Both the position numbers and the translations under genes were made by a program. Positions 1-13,278 of a DNA stretch of 64,000 bases are shown piece by piece. Position 1 is the stretch's first letter. Each line of letters begins with the position of its first letter. The stretch spans positions 2,542,001-2,606,000 of the forward strand of contig NC_043020.1 in the NCBI RefSeq assembly GCF_006345805.1, in the 5' to 3' direction. The notes under the pieces were generated by a model. That model was given only the letters and a program-made list of their open reading frames with translations. It was not told where the DNA came from and ran no database searches. The DNA comes from Octopus sinensis. Taxonomy: Eukaryota.

Positions 1-1049
1 ATAGAAGACACTTTCACAAGCTGCTGCATCATGGGATTGAACCTGAAACCTCGTTGCTAGAAAGCAAATTTATTAACAATACAGCCAATCCTACACTTAA
101 TACTCAATGTCTTTTCCAATCCAATTTTTTCTTCGTTACAGACTCCACCATTACAAAGCAGACCACCTTTTTCTTTTTCTTTTCTTTTTTTCTTTTTTAA
201 TTTTTTTTTATAGCTTGAAATTTATATCTAAATCTAAAATATCGGAGCATCAGCAGAAACTCAGTTAATCTGAAAATAATATTTTTTTTAAAACAACAAC
301 TGATAAATTACAGTATGTTTGTGAATATTAAAACATACACACGTATCGCTACAGAACGCTGAAAAAGCACACAACACATCGAAGTCTCCTGTAAATATTA
401 CATAAAGTTTTTTTCACTGCCGAAATTATGATATCGTATAATCTGGTTCATCAGGCTTGTTTCTGCAGAATCTTAATTTTTGGTCCAAGTATTAAATTAC
501 GTCTTTTATTATTTATTTATTTATTTATTTTTTACTGCTAAAATGGTATTACCTTATCTAGCATCATCAGGCAGCTTCTGGGCAATCATAGTTTTCAACT
601 GAAGAATTAAATCTTGAATCTTCCAACTTAAAAATTTAGTCTGCAATCTTAGTTTTTGGTTGAAGAACTAAATTGTGTCTTTTTTTTTTTTGGTTTTTTT
701 TTTTGTATTTTTGGGGGGTTTTTTTTCAATGCTGAAATCCTAATAGCTTATCAAAATACATCAAACAGTTTCTATGCAATTTCACTTTCCATCTCAAGTA
801 TTAAATCCTGACTTTTTTTTTTATTTTTTCTTTTTTTTTTTTGGTGAACCTATAAATTTCCATTTTTCTTCACTTTCTTTCATGCATAAATTCGGATAGC
901 ATCACGTGAGATACGTTCCCCCCCCCCCGCCGTTTCAACAAGTACCCAGTAACCACTCAGAAAATTCTTCCCCCAGTTCTGGTGAATTGCTACATTTAGT
1001 TGTGTTCGTTCATGCTTTTTCACACACACACGCAAACATATATTCATTT

Positions 1050-1427
1050 ATTCATTTTCTTGTTTTAGTCATTAGACTGTGGCCATGCTGGGACACCGTC
1101 TTGAATTTTTAGTCAACCGATTCAACCCCCAGTACTTATATATATTTTTTAAAGCCTGGTACTTATTCTGTCGGCCTCTTTTGCTGAATTGCTCAGTTAC
1201 GGGGACATAAACACTCTAGCACCACTTCTCAAGTGGTGGTGGGAGGAGAAATGTGTGTGTATATATATATCATCATCATCATGGGCTTCTTTCAGTTTCC
1301 GTCCACCGAATTCACTCACAAGACTTTGGTCAGCCTGAGGCTACAGTAGAAGGCACTTGCCCAAGGTGCCATGCAGTGGGACTGGACCCAGAACCATGTA
1401 GCTGCAAACCAAGCTTCTTACCACGCA
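1050..1427 (-). mobile_element. SINE family A, diverged
   Basis: Reverse complement of the family consensus; similar copies at ~2790-3185 and ~6910-7445. Confidence 0.7.
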
Positions 1428-2243
1428 ATATATATATATATATATATATAGGCATAAGATAATATATTCTCTGTGTGCCGGGTGTAAAAAACACAACTCA
1501 CATCAAATCCTTTCTCAGAGTGACAGACATCAATGCTTTGCCATTGCTGTAACTTATCAATGCTGCAGAGCGAACAAGGTGTGTTCAATTTTATTTATAT
1601 ACCTCAATAAAATAAGTACCAATTGAACAGTGAGGTCGATGTAAACAACTATCTCCCTCCCCCAAATTTCAATGCCTTGTACCTAGTAGAAAGGATTATT
1701 ATGATTATTATTATTATTATTATTATTATTAAGGTCGCAAGCTGGCAGTAATGCTAGCAGGCCAGGCAAAATGCTTTGTGGTATTTCATCCCTCTTCATG
1801 TTCTGAGTTCAAATTCCGCCGAGGTCGACTTTGCCTTTCATCCTTTCAAGATCAATAAATTAAGTACCAGTGAAGCACTGGGGGGTCAAGGTAATCAACT
1901 AGCCCTCCCCACTGAATTTCAGGCATGTGCCTTTAGTAGAAAAGGTTATTATTATTATTATCATTATTATTATACAACTACAAGGTAACAGTATCCTGTG
2001 AATGCTTCAGGGAAACTGAACTTAACTGATCTCGGCATAGAAGAAGACTGTAAAAGGTGTTTGAAGTACATGCATAATGTTTGAAAAGCTAGTTCATGTG
2101 AAGAAAGAGAAAAGATCACCGCAACAACAATAATAATAATAATAATAACAATAACAATAATAACAATAATAACAATAACAATAATAATGATGATGATAAT
2201 AATAATAATAATAATAATAACAATAATAATAATAATAAAATAA

Positions 2244-2274
<31 letters not shown>

Positions 2275-2307
2275 AATGATAATAATAACAATAATAATAA
2301 TAACAAC

Positions 2308-2345
<38 letters not shown>

Positions 2346-3266
2346 TCAGTACTATTCACTAATACAAAATAGTTTTAACACTTGAAACTCAATACAATGA
2401 TACAATATTTAATGGATGTCGACGTGGTTGCTACCGGCCACTGTTTACATGTGAATGCGATAACTTAACAAAGGATTGCTTTGGGGCTGAATTAATTTTT
2501 GTAAAATAATACAATTATGTACAGCTTTTAATGATGCAGTAATTATATACAAGTGAAATATACTGAAGTGAAAATATACAACAACAATGAAATTCGAGAT
2601 TTCTTTCCGCTGACTTTTACATAAAAGATAATACGAGTGAACTCCTTGTGCTGATCCGTTGTTTTGAGATGAGGTTTGGTGTGAAATAGAAAATAAATTC
2701 AGGATTTTTACAAAGGAAAAAAAAAAGTAAATTTGTATGGAGAAGAATTTATATTCAAGTATATATAGTGTTTATTCTTATTTCATTTTATCTATTTTTT
2801 TTTGTTTATTTGCTTCAGTCATTAGATTGAGGCCATGCTGGGGCACTGCTTCATATTGATCCCAATACCATTTGTTTCTTTTTTTTGCTGTTTTTTTTAA
2901 AGCCCATCAGTTTATTTTGCTGAACCACTAAGTTGCAGGGATGTAAACAAACCAACACTTGTTGTCAAGTTGTGGTGGAAGACAACCACCACCACCCCTA
3001 CACACACACACACATACCCGACAGTCTTCTTTCAGTTTCCATCTACCAAAGTTCATTCACAAGATTTTGGTCAGCCTGAGGTTATAGTAAAAGACACTTT
3101 CCCAAGGTGCCACACAGTGTAACTGTACCCAAGACCATGTGGTTAGGAAGCAAACTCCTTACCACACAGCCACACCTGTGCCTATGCGTATGTGTATATA
3201 TATATGAGAAAGAGAGAGAGAGAGAGAGAGAGACCAAAGTGTACGTACGCCACTATATTTTATATA

Positions 3267-3472
3267 TAAAAAATACAAAAAAGGGACAAGAACATTAAAC
3301 ATCCAGACAGACAATACAAGAAAAACAAGGACGGATCATTCGGAGTTTTCTATCCTCAGTCGAGTTCCAGAAATTGCAAAGATAATCTGGAACTTGACTC
3401 TGAATGATCCGTCCTTGTTTTCCTTGTATCATCTGTCTGGATGTTTTGTGTTCTTATCCCATTTTTGTATTT
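3267..3472. repeat. Long imperfect palindrome (fold-back repeat)
   Basis: Left arm 3267-3370 and right arm 3384-3472 are reverse complements (~88 bp, roughly 90% identity; right arm lacks 14 bp). A related single arm lies at 45345-45470. Confidence 0.8.
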
Positions 3473-3489
3473 TATATATATATGATAGA

Positions 3490-3655
3490 GCGCTAACCAC
3501 TATGCATTATTTTCTCTCCTTCTTCCTTTCAGTTGAAGAGCGTAGGCTCAAATTGTTAAAGACTTTTTCACTTCCTGAGCGTTATACTAATACATCTGTT
3601 TGTTTTGTACACCACCTGTCTTCGTCTTTTGTTTCTTTCGTAAACTCTCCCTATA
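3490..3655 (+). mobile_element. Penelope-like LTR fragment with decayed hammerhead
   Basis: CTTT-CAGTTGA-A-GAG-cgtagg-CTC-AAATT-GT-T-AAAG at 3526-3561 has the same layout as the 17405 motif, with core damage partly consistent with CpG decay. Confidence 0.4.
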
Positions 3656-3882
3656 TATATATATATATATATGACAGGCTTCCTTTCAGTTTCGGTCAAC
3701 AAAATCCACTCACAAGGCTTTGGTCAGCCCGAAGCTATAGAAGAAGAGACATGCCTAAGGTGCCATGCAGTGGGACTGAACATGGAACCATATGATTAGG
3801 AAGCAAGCTTCTTACCACAGAGCCATATCTGCACCTATATAGAGAATTTCTAACTACTGATATACAATAAGTAAAATTATAA

Positions 3883-4262
3883 GTGCAGGAATATCTGTGA
3901 GGTTAAGAAGCTTGCTTCCCAACCACATGGTTCCAGGTTCAGTCCCACTGCATGGCACCACCTTAGGCAAGTGTCTTCTACTATATCCACAGGCCAACCA
4001 AAGTCTTGTAAGTGGATTTGGTAGGTGGAACCTGAAAGAAGCCCCATTGTGTGTGTGTGTGTATGCATCAGTCTTTGTGTCTGTGTTTATCCCTCACCAC
4101 CGTTCAACAACCAGTGTTGGTGTGTTTACATCCCTGTAACTTAGCAGTTCGGCAAAAGAACCCAACAGAATAAGTGCCGGGAGTGGAAAAAAAATAGTAC
4201 TGGAGTTGATTCGTTCGACTAAAAATTCTTCAAGCAGTGCCCCAGCATGACCACAAATAAAA
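3883..4262 (+). mobile_element. SINE family A
   Basis: tRNA-like head and family tail; head-to-head with a minus copy at ~3670-3840. Confidence 0.75.
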
Positions 4263-4270
4263 GATGTGTA

Positions 4271-4315
<45 letters not shown>

Positions 4316-4435
4316 ATGCACCATACACACGTTTGCTAGTTTCTGTCTTTTGGTAACGGCCATGCTGAAGCAGCAAGATTGTACTGAAAGTGAACTTACT
4401 TGTTTTGTAAGAATTAACAGACATTTTTTTATTAA

Positions 4436-4489
<54 letters not shown>

Positions 4490-4529
4490 AAACATACTAA
4501 TTATAGTTTCTTGTTTTTATTTCTTCCAG

Positions 4530-4650
4530 GTGAGTTAACGGGTATTTTTACTCAGAAACTGATGCAATGATGATATCAACAACAATAATAATAATAATAA
4601 TAATGATAATAACAATGATGATGATGGTAATGTGAAGTAAAACCAACCAG
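4530..4650 (+). other. Candidate non-coding (5'UTR) exon, 121 nt, starting with a 5' splice-site motif
   Basis: TACTAAT (4495-4501), pyrimidine tract and CAG at 4527-4529; exon begins GTGAGT; ends CAG|GTAAGA at 4650/4651. If joined to 32783, the FaNaC frame has an upstream in-frame TAA (4628-4630) and no ATG after it, so it would be UTR. Confidence 0.5.
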
Positions 4651-5114
4651 GTAAGAGATTTATAAAAAGACCCCATTTATAGCGAATGTCCCCTTCAGAC
4701 TCCAACGGATACAGGTATAGTCATGAGATAAAGGAGTCCCCTCCACAACCTCATGGTTCCATTTCCTTGTTGTAGTTTTTATTTCAGCCCTGAGATTCAC
4801 AAGGCTGGAACATGACCCTTTTGTTACCCTTTTGTTACCCTACTTGAAATACTTTTTGGTTCAGGATTATGTACCGGAATGGCTTGGAATTCAAGAGCCC
4901 ACTGCTATTTAATACCTTTAAAACTGATGTAATACTTACATTGTTTAATTAAATGAAGTAGCATGAAACAATTGTACTACTCTACCTTGGATATCCTTGT
5001 TGCTTATTTAGACTATAATCACCCCATTTGATTTATATGGATAATACCATACGAAATTCTGGTGCCTTTAACTTAAGCACCATATTCATCTGAATCTAAA
5101 TTTTTGCTGAACTT

Positions 5115-5915
5115 ATATACATATATATATATATGCATTCATATATATATATATGCATTCATATATATATAGATATATATATGCATTCATATATATATAC
5201 ATATATATATATGCATTCATATATATATACAATATAGATAGTGCATATATATATTGCATTGCATTATATATATACATATATATATATATATGCATTCATA
5301 TATATAACAATATAATATATGCATTCATATATTACACATATATTATATATATGCATTCATATATATATATACATATATATATATATAGGCATTCATATAT
5401 ATATATGCATTCATATATATATACATATATATATAGCATTCATATATATATATATATATGCATCATATATATATATACATACATAATATATATATGCATT
5501 CATATAATCTATACTTATATATATATATATGCATTCAATATTATACATATAACATATATATATACATATATATATATGCATCACATATATACATATATAT
5601 ATATAGTATAACACACTATATATATGCATTCATAAATACATATATACATATGCATTCACATATATACATATATACATATGCATTCATATATATAACATAT
5701 ATTCATATATATATGCATTCAATATATATATACATATATATATATATATGCATCATATCTATACAATGCTTCATATATATACATATAACATATATTATAT
5801 ATATGCATATATCACTATGCATATATATACATATGCATTCATATATATACATATACATATATATACATATACATACATTATACATATACATATATATATA
5901 TATATAATATTCTAT
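5115..5915. repeat. Compound (TA)n/TATGCATTCA microsatellite
   Basis: Direct reading; similar tracts at 10830-12255, 15250-16360, 21540-22130, 28680-29720, 41230-41940 and 56560-57160. Confidence 0.9.
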
Positions 5916-6279
5916 ACGTTAAATATTTGTTGGCAAGATTTTTTATGTGAGTCGTGTGTTGAAACAGATATTGTTATATTTCGGAATGGTCATATGCCAG
6001 GTTTAGCCATAGACGCACATAGAGATATATGCATGCGCAAATGAAGACATACAATAGAAATACAAAATGGTTGACGGTTAGTAAGGAGAGACACAAGTAA
6101 GTGAGAAGAAAACAAAGGACCACTGATGCGGTCACAGGAGTGTGACGAAAGAACTTTGGCCGAAATAAGATTAAGATTAATGTAAAAAATAAATATCACT
6201 GAAGCAAAATAACACCAAATATATAGTGTGTGTGTTTTTATTGGCTAAACTGGCAATATGACCATTCCGAAATATAACA

Positions 6280-6322
<43 letters not shown>

Positions 6323-6373
6323 TACATATATACATATACATATACAAACATACATATGTTTATGTATATAAAT

Positions 6374-6404
<31 letters not shown>

Positions 6405-6964
6405 CCACAGAAAGATGTGTGATGTGCGTGACACTTTCAATGAAGCAACCTTCAACATACAACACAAGAAACAAAGATCGAAATATGATATACGATATAA
6501 AACATAATAAACCACAGATGGTAGAATATAACGAGGAAACGGAATCTAATTCTGCAAAGCATGTTGTACAAACTGGACATTTCAATTATGCTGACCAGTG
6601 GTGAAACTACCATTAAAGGCCATGACCTTTGCATATAATTTGGATGCACACATACCTAATTACAATGTAACTTTATATAGTTTGACCATGTGTATGGACA
6701 GTGGTCAATATCAACAGCAGGCATGGCAGTGTGTTTAATTTAATAAGTTTGGCTTGCAGCCACATGGTTCTGGGAGGGGGTGGGGTTTCATCCTGCTTTT
6801 CAGCATTTCGGACAAGCCATGAATAGACCAATTCTTTGTAAGTAGAATTTGACAGTTAAAAACTGCAAATGGTGAATGTATGAATACATGTGTGTGTCAC
6901 TGTATGTATATTCTTTTACTTGTTTCATTCATTTGCCTGTGGCCATGCTGGAGCACCACCTTAA

Positions 6965-7185
6965 CCCATTTAGTGTTCAGATTCTTCTGTCAAATGTGAT
7001 CTTGTTTATTTATATTGTTTTGAATTAATCCTGCATTATCTTGTAGTTTAGAGATTTCAGTGATGTGATTTTTTCAGTTTTAGAATGACATGGTAGGGCT
7101 GAGGTGAGAGGCCAGATCTGGTCAGTTTCAATATAAAACAGGTTAAATATTCTGGCCGGATATGGCCGGTTTGAATGCTAAAGGG
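6965..7185. mobile_element. piggyBac-type MITE inserted in a SINE
   Basis: TTAA on both sides (6961-6964, 7186-7189); TIRs CCCATTTAGTGTTCAGA / TTTGAATGCTAAAGGG; SINE sequence continues across the insertion. Confidence 0.8.
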
Positions 7186-7468
7186 TTAAAGGGTATTTTA
7201 GGTGAAGAAATTGACCCCAAAACTTATTCTTCGTAAGCCTAGTACTTATTTTATTGGTCTCTTTTGCCAAACTGTTAAGTTACAGGGACGTAACCACACC
7301 AACATCGACTGTCAAGCAATAGTGGCTGGATAAAAACAAACAAAAAGATAAGACATTTGCCCAAAGTGCCACGCAGTGGGACTGAACCAGGAACTATGTG
7401 GTTGGGAAACAAACTTATTACCACACAGCCATGCCTGCACCTATATATGTGTGTATATATATATATAT

Positions 7469-7499
<31 letters not shown>

Positions 7500-9489
7500 C
7501 ATAGGTAGATAGATAGATAGATAGATAGATATAAACAGTTCTGTGCTCATGTCACTTGCCATGCTGGTGCCATATCCTGTGCTGGTGCCATGTCCTATAC
7601 TGGTGCCATGTCTTATATTGGCACCACATAAAAGGCACCAGTGCCATGTTGAAAGCACCCAGCACACACTGTAAAGCGGGTTGGCATTAGAAAGGTCATC
7701 CAGCAGTAGAAACCAAGCTAAAACAGATAACTGGGGCCTGGTGCAGCTCTGGCCAAACTGTCCAACCCTGGCCAGCATGGACAATGGAGATTAAAGGAGG
7801 ATGATGAGGGGGGGGGGGGGACGAGGGAGGAGGAGGAGCTTAAGGCTTCCGTATCTCCAACCTAACAGACTGGGTCTCATTCAGAATTTTCTGACCCACA
7901 AAGAGTGACTAATGAAACAACATAAACGACATTCGACTTTAATCTCCACACTTTAATGTCTTAGAAAGAAAGAACCTTTTGAAAGCTTCTATATGGTCGC
8001 TAATCTGGTAGAAATAGCAGCCAAGCTTTTTTGTTTTTTTTTTATCAATTCAAATGTTTCAGCATCTTAAAAAATAGATTTCTATATATCTTTTTTCTAA
8101 CTTCTTAACTTCAAAAACGTAGTTCTTTTGCTTTTTTCTTTTTTTTTTTTTGCATTTTCTTTTAAAACTTTCCACACGATGTGCTCCAGGAATGATGTTA
8201 TTTGATCTTAAGTGTGCTAAAAATTTGAAAAGGATAAGAACCACAAATGTAAAACATTAAAAAAACACCGAAAAAAAATGTATGTAATATAGCATTATTA
8301 TTGTTGTTTTTATTGTTATTGTTGTCGTAGCCCTGACCCACCCACTTCAGAACTGATGGATCAGGCTTTTGATCAAAATTATTTATTCCATTTTTATTCA
8401 GATTTGTGTATCCAGAATTACATTATACAACGTTGCATCTCAGCATTTTTTTTACTTAAGCTGTAATCTGAGGGAGATGTGGTAACTGTTTCTAGTAAGC
8501 TCAGCTGCTATATTATGGCAAACACTTCATTAGTAAAGTAAGCATTCTGGAGGAAAAGATAAAAATAATAAAACTTACTTTGCAACCAGGTGATCTCAGG
8601 TTCAGTCCTACTGCACAGCACTTTGGACAAATGTATTTTATTACAGCCTCGGCCAACTAATGCCCTGTGGGTGAATTAGGCAGAAGGAAACTATGTGGAA
8701 GTCTAGTGAGTGTGTATATACATACACACACACACACATATATATAGATATATATATATATGTGTATATATGTATACATGTATATATATAGGTGCAGGAG
8801 TGGCTTTGTGGTAAGTAGCTTGCTTCTCAACCACATGGTTCCGGGTTCAATCCCACTGTGTGGTACCTTGGGCAAGTGTCTTCTACTATAGCCTCGGGCA
8901 AACCAAAGCTTTGTGAGTGGATTTGGTAGACGGAAACTGAAAGAAGCCTGTCATATATATATATATATATATACAGGCATACCTCAGCTTAAGTTGTTTC
9001 AACCTAAGTCATTCTCGATTATATTGGTTTTTCAAAAATAATATACAAAAAATAAAAATCAGGTTGAGTCATTTTACTCGACTTTACGTCTGTCCACCAC
9101 AAATATTGGAATCATAAAATCACTAGAAAACCGTTAAAAGCACATCAAATCATGTTACTGTAAAATAAATAAGAATAAAAGCATATAAAATCATATGTAC
9201 AGTAAATGTTAAGATACACACCACAAAGAAGATGGCAGTGGGACAAACAGACACACATAGACATATACATATATGGCAGGCTTCCTTTGGTTTCCATCTA
9301 CCAAATCCACTCACGAGGCTTTGGTTGGCCAGAGGCTATAGTAGGAGACACTTGCCCCCCATGAACAAAAAGTCCTGCTCAGCATTTTAATGTGCAAAGC
9401 TGAGGGGGAAAAAACTTACTTTTGAAATGAGAGAGGAGGGAGGGAGAGCAAGAGAAGATAGAGGGAGAGCAAGAGAAGAGAGAAGGAGA

Positions 9490-10500
9490 GCAAGAGAAGA
9501 GAGACCTAGGTAAACAGACCAACATAGACCAAAGTAGACAAATGCACTCAAAGACAGGCCAAAATAAATATAGACTAAGACCAAAGTAGACAATGATAAA
9601 CTGACACAAACTATGGTAATATAGTCTATATTTGTCTACTTTGGTCTATCTTGGTCTATATTAGTCTAATATAGACCTAGATAAATAGAGTAACATAGAC
9701 CAAAGTAGACAAATGTACTCAATGACAGACCAAAATAAACAAATATAGACTAAGACCAAATTAGACAATGTTAGACTAACAGACTAACATAGACAGTCAA
9801 TACTTGTCTATTTTGGCCTATCTTAATGCATATAAGTCTAACTTAGACATAGATAAACATACTAATAGGATCTACAAATAAAATGGATAAATATAGACTA
9901 AGACCAAAGTAGACAATGATAACTGACAAAAACTATGGTAGATATTCTATATTTGTCTACTTTGGTCTATCTTGGTCTATATTGTCTAATATAGACCTAG
10001 ATAAATAGAAGTAACATAGACCAAAGTAACAAATGTACTCAATGACAGACCAAAATAAACAAATATAGACTAAGACCAAATTAGACAATGTTAGACTAAC
10101 AGACTAACATAGACAGTCAATACTTGTCTATTTTGGCCTATCTTAATGCATATAAGTCTAACTTAGACATAGATAAACATACTAATAGGATCTACAAATA
10201 AAATGGATAAATATAGACTAAGACCAAAGTAGACAAAGACAGACAGACACAGACTGAAGTAGACACACTATACTTGTCTAATTTGGTCTATATTAGTGTA
10301 ACATAGACCTAAACCCAAAATAGATAAATAATGACGAACATAGACTAAAATAGAAAAACACATTCAAAAGAGAGACCAAAATGAAGACAGGATAAAATAG
10401 ACCACAGCAGACAATTTAAGACCAAGTCCAAAGCAAATAAAAATAGACTGTGATAGACCAAAGTGGACAAATCAAGAGTGAGATAGACAAAAGTAGACAC
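9490..10500. repeat. Complex satellite, ~320-bp unit built from AGAC/GTCT subrepeats in both orientations
   Basis: ATATAGACTAAGACCAAAGTAGACAA recurs at 9568, 9891 and 10211; ATAGACCAAAGTAGACAAAT and its exact reverse complement alternate. Confidence 0.9.
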
Positions 10501-12001
10501 GTTAATAACATCAAAGTAATAACAATATAAAAGCTCGGCAAATCCTTCGTTTCAAGTAACCACTGCTGCCGTGCTGTCTAGATTCTTGGCAGATATTCCA
10601 TTGCAATGTTTCTATTTTGGTTCTTACCATTTTCTATTTTTTTTGTTCTGTCTGTTTTGTTTTGCGTTTGATTTGTTATTTTTTTCCTTATTCCCCGCAT
10701 CTGCACCGACGCTTCGGTTCTTCGTACAAAGGTAGATTTAGTCAGAGTAATGAGGGTGAATGCATAAATCAAACGCCAGGGGTCCGAAACATTTCTGATG
10801 GGATGTTTACCATCATGAGAACTTCGTACACACGCATGCATGTACATGCGTGCATTCCTACATTAATATGCTCACCTTTGCAAGCATACATGCACACATG
10901 TAAACACTCAGCCATGCACATATATGTGCATGCATATGGATGTACATATGCACACACATATATATATAAATGCAAGCACAAACACACAGCCATGTGCATA
11001 TGCATACACACGCAATCATGCACACAGGTACAGCCATGCACACATACATGTATATACATGCACACATACACAGCCATATATATATAAATATATATATATG
11101 TGCATTTACACACACCACACACATATATATATATATGCATTTACAAATGTATACACAGTGTTGCACACACACCCACACACATGTGTATTTACATATATAC
11201 ATTTAGACACATGCATACATATACATACACACAAGCAAGCACACAGATGCTGTTATGCACACACACATACATACACACACACAAGTAAAAACACAGACAC
11301 AGTTATGCATGCACACACAGAGCCATACACATATATATACATGTATGCACATATACAGCTGTACACACACAGATGCAGTTATGCACACACACATACACAC
11401 ATACATACATACATATACTTATATATATATAAGCACATAGAGAGCTGTACACGCACATACATACATACACACACATGCACACAGATCCATGCACATATAT
11501 ATATATATACAAGTATGCACAAATACACCTGTACACGCACGCACACACAAACATCAATATTTGTGTCAAGATGAATTAGCAAAAACGATGTTTGTTTGAA
11601 TGTAAATGGAAGAGTTTTTCTGTCCCTTAATGCAATACGCGTGCATGTGCCAATTGACTGGCTGACATTTCACTACCAACCGCCCCCCCAACCCTCCACA
11701 CTCCTCCAACACCCCTACAGCCCTCACCTCCCACCACACCACACTAAACCCCGTGCTTTTTACTTTTAAAACAGAAGAAAAATCAAACTTTATACATATA
11801 GATATATGTATATATATATATATATTTATATATATAGATATATGTATATATAAATATATATACATATTTATATATATAGATATATTTATATGTATACATA
11901 TATACAGATATATATATGTATCTATATATATATATATATATATAATATATATATAGATATATGTATTATATTAACATATATATATATAGATATATGTATA
12001 T

Positions 12002-12032
<31 letters not shown>

Positions 12033-12612
12033 GATATATGTATATATGCACACTAAACGACGACGATGATGATGATGATATACATAATATAGAGATATAT
12101 GCATATAGAGATATATGCATATATATATATACATATATATAGATATATGCATATACATAGACATTTATATATATATATATATATATAGTATATATATAGA
12201 TATATGCATATATATAGACATTTATATATAGATATATATATATATATATATTATAAAAAGAGCACAATTGCTCCACGGTTGTCTGGAATCTTGACTCTTC
12301 AAGGTTATGCAGTTCAATACTTTAGTTTCTCAGCCATTTCAAAGAAGGTAAAAAAAAAAAGTGTTCTTTTATGACCTGCTAACCCAAGGAAGAAAACAGA
12401 GAGAAGAGATTATAAAGCTCGGATAAAGGAGCTCCTAGAATATGGGGTGGGCCTTGAGTAGGTGTGTCATTAGTGGGTGTGGCTACTGTAGGTGCGGCTA
12501 TAGTAGGTGTAATTGATGCTTAAATGGAAATGGATAGAATTCTTGAAGTGGGGGTGTGTAGTAGGATTGGTGTTTAATCGTCTGGCATTCAGATTCTTCA
12601 GTCGAATCTTTC

Positions 12613-13278
12613 ATCTTTTACTTGCTTCAGTCATTTGGACTGTGGCCATGCTGGGGCACCATCTTGAAGGGTGTTAGTCAAACAGATCAACCCTAAGACT
12701 TATTCTTTAAAGCCTAGTACTTATTCTCTCAGTCTCTTTTGCTGAACCACTAAGTTACAGGGATGTAAATACACCTGTTTGTTGTCAAGTGCAAGTCACA
12801 TACACACACGTATTATATATATGTGTGTGTGTGTGTGGAGGTGCGTGGCTTAGTGGTTAGGGTGTCAGCACCATGCTCGTAAGATTCTGGTTTCGATTCC
12901 TGGACCAGGCGACGCATTGTGTTCTTGAGTGAAACACTTCATTTCACGTTGCTCCAGTCCACTCAGCTGGCAAAAATGAGTAACGCTGCGATAGACTGGC
13001 GTCCCGTCTAGCTGGGGAACACATACGCCATTGAAACCGGGAAACTGGGCCCATGAGCCTGGCTAGGCTTTAAAAGGGTGCATTTATTTTATTATATATA
13101 TACACATACACACACAATGGGCTTCTTTCAGTTTCTGTCTACCAAATCTACTAACAAGGCTTTGGTCAGCCCAGGGATATAGCAGAAGACACTTGTCCAA
13201 GGTGCCACACAGTGGGACTGAACCCAGAACCATATGGTTGAGAAGCAAGCTTCTTACCACAGTCACGCCTGCGCCTAT
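12613..13278 (-). mobile_element. SINE family A, interrupted by another SINE
   Basis: Tail at 12613-12800 and head at ~13110-13278, separated by the element at 12837-13090. Confidence 0.75.
12837..13090 (+). mobile_element. tRNA-derived SINE with V/Meta-like central domain
   Basis: A box TGGCTTAGTGG (12846-12856), B box GGTTTCGATTCC (12889-12900), then TGTGTTCTTGAG..ACACTT..TTCACGTTGCTCCAGTCCACTCAGCTG; a relative lies at ~57975-58110. Superfamily name is from memory. Confidence 0.65.

Noticed and set aside
6585-6615. CTGACCA-gtggt-GAAAC and the GTAATGA...CCGAAACATT motif near 10742-10797 as hammerheads
   Set aside because: Core mismatches with no convincing helices or UH triplet; expected by chance.
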